Assembly (NCBI GenBank): GCA_000934665.2
Contig: KZ538680.1
Location: 1-54,331 of the forward strand
Origin: Catajapyx aquilonaris
Lineage: Eukaryota
Reading direction: 5' to 3'
DNA length: 54,331 nucleotides
Shown: one piece after another, positions 11,907 to 22,682 of the stretch
Position numbering within the stretch: the stretch's first letter is position 1
Layout of the letters: each line of letters opens with the position of its first letter
Notes under the pieces: generated by a model
Told to the model about the DNA's origin: nothing
Database searches by the model: none
What the model saw: only the letters and a program-made list of their open reading frames with translations
Made by a program: the position numbers and the translations under genes

Positions 11907-13989
11907 TTACAATATGGTGGCTACAGTTGCCTGCGTCGGCTGGCCAGATCGGATGGCAGCAGGTCGGACTTGACGCTTCCTAATTCTTAAGCCATTATTG
12001 TAATCGCAGAAACAGCAGTATTCCAGGATTAATGTGACCACACTAAATCCGAAGGCTAACAAATACATTAGGAATGGCGCTCTCAAATCAGCCAAGGAGA
12101 AGACTGCTTCTTCCATCCTCCTGGTTTCCTCTTCCTCGTCTGCCTTCCTCCTCGACCCGCGAGTCGGGAGATGAAGCATGAAAGCAAAGTTGTCCGACCA
12201 CTTTTGCGTCAAGGCAGCTTCAAAGAGGTGGGTCAATTGCTTTATCATGTTGGGAGAGTAGACTTCACCTCGACCGAAACCAGTTCCCACGAACCAGTGC
12301 AAAAATTCGTCTGGGTGAGAAGACAACTTGTTCTCACCCTTGCTGTTCACAAACCCCTCATTCTCTTCGGATACAAAATGATTGGATGTTACGCAGGCAA
12401 AATCACTCTCGAGAGCGGTAGACAGGCAAGAGTAGTGAGTTCCAGGGACGGAGGCGTTTAAAAATATGTCTTTATACACATGAATGTCCATTTCATCAAA
12501 GTTCAAATTTTTCCACCCGATGAGGTACTCCACTGATGGGATCCCCCATTTGAACCCTGACCCCACCAGCTCTTCCAGAGTGGTAGGAATGTGTTCGTCG
12601 GGCGGGGTCGTGATGAACTCGACCAGTTTGGTCCTGTATCCGCAGCAAACCACGGTCGCAAACAACCAGAAGATCCCGACCGTGAATCGGTGCCGCCAGT
12701 GGGAAGGTCCGGTCAAAGGTTGCTCCAGAAGGATCCGGAAGAGGAAGGCCTGGGAGTGGACAAACGGAAATCGCCTCGGTTTACTTTGTGACCAAGTGAT
12801 GAGAGATAAGGAGAGAGCGCAAGTCACGGTTGCCACCAAGACACTGATCCACAAGGACGGTGTTAATGGGTAGATCAAGACTTTCCACGTCATTTTCGGG
12901 CGAGGCCTACGAGTAACCATCACTGTGTGGGCATGCAAATCCGGTTGTCCCATTTCCAAATTAACAGCGTCATACTCCACATTCAGCATAGTAATAGTCA
13001 TGTTGACCTTCCTCTGAATAATATTACTCAGTCCACCTCTCCACCTTCCGTTTTTATGTTTCTTTTTAACATTTAGGTCGTACTTGCGGAGAAATACACG
13101 CACCTTGCAGTTAAAAGTGTCTTCAATTAGAAGAGAAAAATTCTCCGTCGTAGATATTGACATGTAACCCGCCAAGGTGTTCCTCTTTTTTCTCACTTCG
13201 TTTGTATCATGCTGGAAGAAGTTCCCCACGGTCAGCATCCTTCCGTTGAGGTCACGGGTCATGTCCGGGAAGAGTGACCCCGCCGCGACCTCTTCCCCCT
13301 GCCTGTGGACCCCCAGGTCCACCACGGAAGGGTGTCCCGACCGGCAGTAGAAGCAGGCCGTGAAGAGACGGGTCAGGTGACCACCAGAAGTGGCCACCAG
13401 CTTGAACGTTATTCCAGAGAGCGTGGTGTCCGAGAGCCATCCGAGGTCAGGGGTCGTGTTTGGGGTCATCCAGAAGAGGAAGGGGTCGCGGAGGTTCCTC
13501 AATCTGACCAGTGCTGCCAGGTGGAGGACCAGTTGGGGGAGGGATCCGGACGAATGGGGAGCCAGCACGTTGAAGGAGCATCCAATCAGCGAAGAGGGGG
13601 GTGGCAGAAAGGAAGGTGGCAAGGGAGGTGACCCCGAGGGTCGAAGGTCAGAGGGCATCGATGTGAAGGACAGCAGGTCATCTTGGCTCCTCAGTGCGGG
13701 GTAGTCCTGGTAGGAGAACGTCTCGTTTTCCTCCTTGACAGTGGTTGACCACCGCCCTGTCCCCCGTCCGATGAATGTCCCCAAGCAAGTCCATGGACAC
13801 CCTTCGTCCCTCGTCCCTGGCAACCACCAGTGAGCACGAGTTGTACCCACTCACCAGCAGTCGCTTCAACAGGTCGGATGTCGGTCCTTCGTCGGGATCC
13901 TTCTCTACCAAACCGATGTTTATCTTTCCGCAATAAGTGACAACGACTGGCAGCAGCAGCCCCAAAGTCAGAAACGGGATGGACTGCAT
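11907..13989 (-). CDS. Divergent ionotropic receptor (IR, iGluR-related chemoreceptor) with a frame break near the 5' end; possible pseudogene or rescued by a cryptic intron
   Basis: The signal-peptide ORF from ATG 13989 (MQSIPFLTLGLLLPVVVTYC...CSLVV) is in a different frame from the long ORF ending at 11907. The long ORF has NGRWRGGL (S1), PLTPSLW (M1), LLEQP (pore), GYRTKLVEFITTP (M3), LFEAALTQKW and M4. It shares LVLHLAxxVRLxNL and CFYC with the IRs at 40-54 kb. Confidence 0.85.
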
Positions 13990-15208
13990 GTTGTAATTAT
14001 TCTGACTTGGTGGTCACCGATTGTCTTTAGATGATGAAACTCTCGTGGACATCGAATTATAAAATAATGTTCCCTATGCCTCCGGTTGCAACGAAAGTAG
14101 CCCTGCAATTGATCGTCCCAAGTAACACGTACACAGTACATAATTATACGTCTTACCATTGGTGTTCTGGAAACTCGTCAATATGTTTTAAGTCAATCTC
14201 TTTATTCATCTTCCGTGGCTTAGTTGTGTGTACTGCATGTTATACGCAGCCTTCGTTTGCCGAAACACCTTCTGCGTAAACCTCTTTGATTTGAAATTCT
14301 CTTTTGTCTTTTCTGCTTACCGCCAATGTGCCTATACATATCAAATGAATACTGTATGTTGACCTCAGTAACCTGTTCGTTTATGTGGCCAATGCCAATG
14401 TTTGCTAGACTAAATTATATGAATTGCACTGAATATTCAAATTAGGCATCAGTCATCAAACACTTTTCTAATACACGTATTTGAAATAACTTGTAATTTT
14501 TTATTATTGGATGTAAATCGCATCTAATAATGCGATAGTTTGAACATGATGATTGTGACCCGATCGGATCGGAACCGTTCCACTTCAATGTTCCCATTTT
14601 CTGGCTACCATTAAGTATTAATCTAGCTCTCGACTCCTTTTCTATAAGCTTGTCTCACCTTTGGACTCCAGTAATCACCGCGCAACCTCCGAATGACCTT
14701 GATTGAGTGATCCAGGTGATAACAATCAGATGACGACGACTACTTGGCGCATTGTGCAGATATATATTTAATTACGACTAATAAGTAGTAACAATGTACA
14801 CGTAGCTTGGGATATTTATGCATCATCGAGTAAAGTGAAACAGGTCTATGGGCACCTAACAATGGATGGGTCTAGATCGGGTCGTGCCAAAATAAAACCT
14901 CTTATTCTTCTTCGATTTCTGTGGTGCTGCGTAATTATTGTCTCCGTAAGGGTAACCAAATGACACAGTAACGAACCTGCAAGACACGGCAATGGATATT
15001 CACCAATTTCGTCGCCAACAAAGACACGGTTGCATCATCACATTTATTGACAGGCGGTTATCAGGAAGAGTTTGCGTTTATCTCTAGCCCCATTATCAGG
15101 TACTGCGTCACTCATCGCACCGATCCCAGGAAAGCACTGGGGCTGTCAGTCCAAGAACTACTTCGGTACCGCATCGTCGCCGTACCCTCATCCGCAGGTA
15201 CAGCAAAT

Positions 15209-16606
15209 ATGGCCGGAAAAGGAGGCCTCATCTGCTCGGCTTTTCCATGCCTCCTCCTCTCTCTGGTAAGTCTGTGTCGGTAAAGTCCGTGTCCAGAGAT
15301 TGGCAACTTGGTCATTATTACATGCACTTACGGGGCACTTATGTTGTTCATTTGAGTGAACTACACAGTGTTTTGTTTCCTGTAAAAGCAATGCAAAGTA
15401 AGGCTGAGACGACACCAGTGTTGGTAACATGACCAGTACCAGTCGATGGCAAGCAAATCCGTGAAGGGTTGATAATTATTAATACAACCAACAATGCCGT
15501 AACAAAACACAACCGTATAGCTGTAAAATTGCAATGTCTCACAGGTTATGTAATGTGTGCACAGGAAAATGCAGCTGCCTGTTACTATATGTGAAAATTT
15601 TACGAGAAGAATAAATATTAGCGGTGGATATTAGATGTCAACAAGTGGAGAAGTGTTGTTTTAAGTGGGAGTGTTCTAGACATTTTTCATTTACATGATG
15701 GCGGCCCCTCACAGCCATCATCAGCAAAAATAGATAACACTATACGTAGATATCTGACGTGATGGTAAGGCTTTTCTCCTTATCAAACTGCAAACACCTT
15801 TGTCATAAACTATTGGCTAAACCTAGATGAATTCCATCGTCTGTTGCACAATAAGAAGTAGCCTACACACAAATGACATAAAAGTGACCTATCGTTTATA
15901 TTACATAATGAGAATATGCATTTTAAATATGTAACATTAGTTGCTCGTCAGAATAGCTTCTGCGCAGTTGACGACTTGTTTATACTGTAGTAACTGTACG
16001 TATACACGAGAGATGCCAATGTCCACACGTTAAGTGAGATGCAACTCTGCAGAATTATTGAATATTAATATTCATGCACAGATATGCTTCGGGGCCGTGA
16101 TCGCGGTCGGAGGTCAGCTGCTGGACTTCTGGGCCACGTACAGCCCTCTGCTGGCCCTGGGCCTCCTTCCGACGGCCTCCATCTGGGTCATCATGCTCGG
16201 GGCCATATCAGTCTTCACCACCATCGCCATGATGACCGGAATCTACAAGGAGAACATCGGAATCACTTCTATGGTGCTGAGATAATCGATTTCATTGCCT
16301 TCTATTCTTCTTGACTAATATTTTCCATTGCAGGGAAGCGTCCTGATGGCAGGATCGTTCGTGCTTCAGTTGTTCGCCGGAGCCATGCTCTATGAACTCC
16401 TAGCTAACAATCTGACCACTGCCTTGGAAGGAGCCATGACGATCAACTTCCCAAACGACAACGACACAGACATCCAGACCTTCTTCGCTTGGGATCAGTT
16501 CCAGTTCAAGGTATATAACTGTTTCATTATTTCATAATGAGTCGCATTTCATACCCATTATTTGTACTGTACCATGCATTTTGCCTATATCGACCGTTTC
16601 AGTTAA

Positions 16607-16654
<48 letters not shown>

Positions 16655-17205
16655 GGCCCCGTGTTTGGTTTCAGTGTTCCAAAATCGGTTGTTAATTAAT
16701 TCCAGTACCACTGCTGCGGAGTGAACGGTCCGGACGACTGGTCCACAATGGCGGATATGACTGTCCCGCAATCCTGCCCGGATAAGGTTGTCAACGAGAC
16801 GATTCGGGGATGCGGAGGGGTGATGGAGGCCATCGTGAGGGACGACGTGCTCAGGGCAGCCAGGATCACACTCATCACAGCCATTGTGCAGGTTGGTCAC
16901 ACTCCTCTTCGGTGCTACTCATCACACTTCAAGGGGAGGCTGCTTGGTTGCGCAATTGCGAGAGTACCTTGCAATATTATTATATGAGTACTAATAACTC
17001 TTTCCGTTCTGGCTGCTCCTCTGACCAGCTGACCGCGTGCCTGGTTGGGGTGCACTGCATCTACTCCCTGCTTCGGCGCCAGGGGCACATCGTGGTCCAG
17101 CGCAGCTTCCTGGCATCCATGCGGTCCTCCAGCAGGGTGCCAACGGACAACACCCCTTACATGCCCTACTCGCCCTTCGAAGACAACAGGAAAGCTCTGT
17201 ATTAG
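15209..17205 (+). CDS. Tetraspanin (divergent) 2, about 262 aa
   Basis: Exons 15209-15265, 16082-16273, 16334-16510, 16706-16891, 17029-17205. YHCCGVNGPDDW, PQSC, GC; four TMs; C-tail YSPF. The start codon could lie further upstream. Confidence 0.88.
16609..16650. repeat. (AT)n microsatellite in tetraspanin 2 intron 3
   Basis: About 21 AT units. Confidence 0.97.
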
Positions 17206-18608
17206 CACGCATGTCTGATGAACTATTAATAATACACCGCCGTCTGACGCCATCAAACACATCGTATGCTTCCGTCGACTTGTACCCTGCACATAATGTA
17301 TATCTTCGCAGACTTCATTGGCATCCTCACAACACGTAACAGTCAATCTCGACAAGAAGTGTGCATTTGGGAAGTTTGTTATAATGTTATTATTGTTAAG
17401 GCTGCCAGTATAGCGTCTGCAAAGTTGCATTAGATTATGTGCATTGGCATTCCAAAAAAAAAAAAAAAGAGTTTCGGACAAATGTATCCTGCCGCTATGC
17501 AACCATCAGTGCGCTGTCGTGATATGTTCTCCTTTACTCTTTATAGAGCACTGACGAGGTAGCCCGGGTTATACTATAACATTATCCCACACTTTTCAAA
17601 AAAAATCCCCGGTATACAGACATGTTACCCAGAGACAATTTCAACCAACATAAAGATAAAGTATCACTTCTACCTCCCCATTATTGGTCTTACTATATCA
17701 CTGATGTATTAGCACACTCGCTGACCACAACATTATATAAATATGTGGTCCTTAAATGTTGTAAATTGTAAAAAAAATAAAAATAAAATTATGAACAAAA
17801 TTGAGCTATTAAATTACTAGTTCACTCCAAAATGGCTGGTTGCTGTAAATGAAGGGGATATTTTTGATCTTCAATTATGGTGGTTATCCATGTTGACCCG
17901 CTAAACTTGTGATTTGTAAATACGCACCGCACCATAATTTTCACGGTAATCCTTAATTTTATGAAGAATTTTCTCAATTAAGTTAGACTGCAAGTATTCC
18001 CAAAGAATCACCTCTTTACGGTGTCTGATATGGCTTCCTGGCTTCGTAATAATGGACTTCCAACATGGCACAATATTGTGATGGGCCCAGGATATTACAG
18101 TATCCTTTAGATTACTTATAACTTTCCAGGATAACATTTGTAACATCAGTACTCGATAATACTTTTCAGATTATGCCTATATTCGCTTCAAAAGGAATAT
18201 ATTGTTATCTTGCGCCATTTTCGCAGTGATACTGGGCGAACGCTTTTAGGGATAATTTCCGATTATGCACGATTATCACAAAGTTAATATCGAGAAGGGG
18301 GGGGGGGGGTCAAAGTGACTCCTCATTGAAGCAGCGGAGGTAAGAAAACATGCTAAGAGTGTAAATAACAACATATATTGGTTTAAAAAAAAGTTCCACA
18401 CTCAACCCCGGGTATATAGAAGGTAAATGGACGGCCGGATCAGGGGAGATTAACATCAATCACACCCTGTTGTGGGAAAACCACTTGATCACTCAGAGTT
18501 GAAAATGGGCGAATCCACTTCAACACAAGAGTTAAGTACGTGAGACAATATAGACGGTCCAAAGGGAACGTATTCACAATAATATATGCACTCGAACAAA
18601 AGAGAGAA

Positions 18609-18730
18609 TTCACGCACAATCGGGCCAAATCTTTTGGAGTAACAATCTCAAATAAAAATAATTCCAACGTTCACGCACAATCGGGCCAAATCTTTTGGAG
18701 TAACAATCTCAAATAAAAATAATTCCAACG
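18609..18730. repeat. Perfect 61-bp tandem duplication
   Basis: TTCACGCACAATCGGGCC...AATTCCAACG at 18609-18669 and 18670-18730. Confidence 0.95.
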
Positions 18731-19244
18731 TTATTCACGATTTCACTTGCAAAGCAGGAAGTGTCATATCTGTCAGGGAGAAAGTAAAGAGCAGCTGCCA
18801 TATCTGAGGGCTGTCCTTGGATTCGCGAAATTGTCCAAAATTTTCATAGTCAGAAAGTGAGACAGCAGGTCTGATGCAATATTCCGCAACCTTCGACGGG
18901 GGATTACAGTCATGTCCCCCCCACCTTCTACCCTCATCCCAAACATATACACAATGCATTGTGTTTGTATATGCGGGTCATAGTCCGAGGCCCCTGCCGA
19001 ACCTTATCTGCACTAAAAAAAGACGAACCACACACATTTTTGATACCTGTGTATAGTTTATACCTGTCCGATCGTGATAAGCCAATCCCCAAGGACCCCC
19101 TCACATCGCTTCCCCCAACAGAGACCCGGGGCATTTTAGCAGCCATATCGGAAACAAAGCAACGCCGAGGACACCAGGAAGTGGAGGACGCCCGCAGCCG
19201 CACCCGGACCACCGAAAGACCAAAAGGCCCACCGTCAATCGACA

Positions 19245-22181
19245 ATGGCACCAGCAGGGGTGACAGAAAAGGAGCACAGAATTGGGCTCAAGTACTGCAT
19301 GTACGGATTCAACGCCATCGTACTGGTAAGTCCAATATTCAATCCAGACAATAATGTATGGGGGATAATATTATCAACTCCTATAGAAAACCTATGTAAA
19401 TATCAGCAGACATCCCTGTACAGTGGAGAAGAGTGTCGGATGTACACAAGTTGTACTTGATAAGTAAACAGCACACATTTTCTGAAACCCAGAAACTGCA
19501 GATGATATATAGCTGAAGCTTAAGCTGAAGGCATATCACATTTTAGCATTTGGCGATTTACGCAAATTCAGGTCACACAATAGCCTACAAAATGATCCTT
19601 CTGGAGACGACTGCTGGATAATCAGGCCGAAATTCAAGACCGTGGAAAGGAGAAGTTATGCGCTGATCTCTCCGCAGGATGTTGCAACCATTCTGGGACA
19701 TTCACTTGCCCTAATGGTTTCTTTGTAGGCCATTTGCTTACACCAAACATATCCGTGCCAAAAATCGCAAACTGAAAGGGATAATCGGCCTATACGCTGT
19801 ATATAAAATCCGGGATTTCTTCTGTAGGCATTGGCTAGCTTCCTGGTGGTTGGAGTGGCCATAACGACAAAGTCCTCCCTAGGCATCCAGCTTCCGTCGC
19901 TGGGAGAGGACGTGGCCTTCGCCTTCATCACACCCGTGTCACTGTCCTGCGTCACAATCCTCCTGGCCACCTTGGGGATAGTGGCCGCCAAGAAGGAGCA
20001 CTTCTCTCTCACCCTATCGGTATGTACTAATACATGCATCGCGACATATGCTTCACACGAGAAAGAAGCTGTCTCGTGTGAACATGCCCAGAATATACCC
20101 ATCTGATTGGGCTGTAATTCCTGTCCTGTTTGTCCACAGTACTGCGGACTCTTGATCGTGGTGATGATTCTGGAAATCTTCAGCGCGGTGCATCTGACCA
20201 GCATGGCCGAAGGGTACGGCCTGTCCGATGTAGAGTCCAGGATCGAGAGGGCCATGACCTACCCGTCGCCGTACTCGGACTACGTTCAGAGCACGGTAAT
20301 GCAAGCCCTGGGTGTGACATTAGGACGAAATTAATCCGATAAAAATACTGCGAATTTCTTAAATGATTCGTAAGGCATACCTATACGTATAGGAGGACGT
20401 TTGTAAAATGTGTGTGTGTGTGTGTTTTTTTGGTTGACATTTTCCAGTTCAAGTGCTGCGGGTTCGAGAACTACACGTCTTGGAATAAATTCTACCCTGA
20501 TGGCAGACTCCCTGACTCATGCTGCCCTCCGGGAACACGCGAATGCAGCATCAACTTGGCGGGGCCCAATCAAACCTTCTACATGGAGCCATGCTTCACC
20601 GACCAAAATCTGAAGGGCGCCATCAGTTCGACTATAGGACCCATGCTGGCCGTCGTCCTGACGGCGGCCTTCATCAAGGTAATACGAGGTGTGATCGAAA
20701 AGTTCCGCGATTTTGTTCATAGAAACATTCATATTTACTTTAAGTGCTAATTTCCACCTCAGCGTCACAAGTTCATATCTCCACTGGTTTGCACGGTACA
20801 TCCAAAATCCCGGAACTTTTCGATCACACCTCGTAAGGTTCACTATTTACACCTAAGTTACAGTGCACGTACTGTACATCATATACTGTACTGTACCTAA
20901 ATGTTCTCACTGGCATCTGGGTCAACAGCTGAAGCCCCCTGACTAATATTAGTAGCAGATTAACAGTATAAACAAGAGCTCTTGGTATAAAGTAAGTACA
21001 AAAACTGAGAAACACTATGGACAATTCAACTGGAATGCACTGTAAGAACTGATTACCTTATTGCACTTATTGGAGTATAAATTCTGCTGGTGATCAACAT
21101 AAAGTATGAACAGAAATCCTCATTGTGATATGCAACTTTATGTCCTTTAGCAGTCACTCATGAGCTTAGTTGCACCACATCTATGCGAAGTTGATCATGT
21201 GTATGTGTGTACTTAATGGAGTACACCACTAGCAACCACAAATAGGCCAAAATTGGCAAAATAGTGCAACTAGACACTGATAGTACAGGCACTTTGGTTA
21301 CACCTTATCAGTGTACATTTTGAGTTATGCAAACACACGCTATCTAAGCAAGTGAAGCTTATCAGAGAAACAAACGTTTCGCCTTATCTGCAGGGCCATT
21401 TAAACATGGCCAACCATGCCTAAGATACTTCTCATTCTGCACAATTTCATTGGCAGGGTTGCAAGGTTGCAAACAGGAAGTAATAATCAGCGACCCTGAC
21501 ACACTCACAAGCCATATTTCGCACAAACTTTCATGGCTAGTGTAATCTAGAGTTTCCCTCTTCCTACCTAGGAACATGATTACAAATAAATAAGCATTGA
21601 ACAAACCAGACATGCCAGTGGGTAGAAAAACTTTTTCTGCATGAACAGCGACCCTTAGGCGTTGACATGGAATATGTTATTGGCATTATTGATTATCGCT
21701 TACAAACCCAATGAAGATGTTTTGGCTGGGTGAAAATGCTACTTATTTTAACAATGTAATATGCGAGTAAAACTGTGGTCGTTTACACAATGTGTTTTAT
21801 GGCCTAATTGTAAGCAAAAATTTCTGATTGTGTACTGTTACATAATCAGATATTTTCACTTGCTATCTGCTTATACATATAGCCACACCTCATATTTTAT
21901 GGAAATAGCAAACATATTTTTTTTTGCAGCTCATTCATTCCCCGTTTTGACCTGCTGCATTGTTGGCCATATTGGTGGTGGCAAACTTATGGAGCTGCTT
22001 CATTATGTTCCAGATTCCTGGAATGGTTTTGGGAGCCATCTTTGCCTTCACCATGACCCAAGCTGGCCAGACCAAGTGGGCCAAAGTCCAGATGGAGTTC
22101 TGGCGAATGGGAGCTTTCGGTTCCTCTGCTGTCCCCTACAGTGTCTTTCCGGACATCCCAAAAGAAAAAGACACTGCATAG
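19245..22181 (+). CDS. Tetraspanin 3 (6-Cys large loop), about 275 aa
   Basis: Exons 19245-19325, 19828-20019, 20140-20295, 20448-20678, 22014-22181. N-terminal LKYCMYGFNAIVL; FKCCGFENYTSW; LPDSCC; TM4 ...AAFIK|IPGMVLGAIF; C-tail YSVF. Confidence 0.92.
20685..20833. mobile_element. 149-bp mariner-type MITE
   Basis: Perfect 23-bp TIRs CGAGGTGTGATCGAAAAGTTCCG / CGGAACTTTTCGATCACACCTCG, with TA on both sides. Confidence 0.9.
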
Positions 22182-22438
22182 TGGTTTTCAACTCTTCATC
22201 CACGTGCTTAAACAAAAAAAAAACCAAAACCAAAACATAAAAAAAACCATTTTGATAATATATAGGTTTGATATTTTTTACACATCACTGTTTTGATATT
22301 AAGATGTCAGCAGAATTTCTTGCCGCTTGGGAAAACGTATCTCCAATATGAAATGCTGCACACAGTGTTGAGCGGTAGGACTTTCAGACAAAACTACAGC
22401 TTTGTGTGTCGAGTGTCTTTATTGTCACTCCCCCCCCC

Positions 22439-22605
22439 NNNNNNNNNNNNNNNNNNNNNNNNNNNNNNNNNNNNNNNNNNNNNNNNNNNNNNNNNNNNNN
22501 NNNNNNNNNNNNNNNNNNNNNNNNNNNNNNNNNNNNNNNNNNNNNNNNNNNNNNNNNNNNNNNNNNNNNNNNNNNNNNNNNNNNNNNNNNNNNNNNNNNN
22601 NNNNN
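22439..22605. other. Assembly gap (N run)
   Basis: Ns flanked by poly-C on both sides. Confidence 0.99.
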
Positions 22606-22682
22606 CCCCCCCCCCCCCCTCCTCTTCCTCCTCTCCCCTCCCACCCCCTATTCAGAGTGAGAGGGTTTCACAAGGTGGACGC

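Noticed and set aside
21930..22013. Alternative acceptor (ttttgcag) for the last exon of tetraspanin 3
   Set aside because: Gives LIHSPF* in phase 0; the acceptor at 22013 completes TM4 properly.
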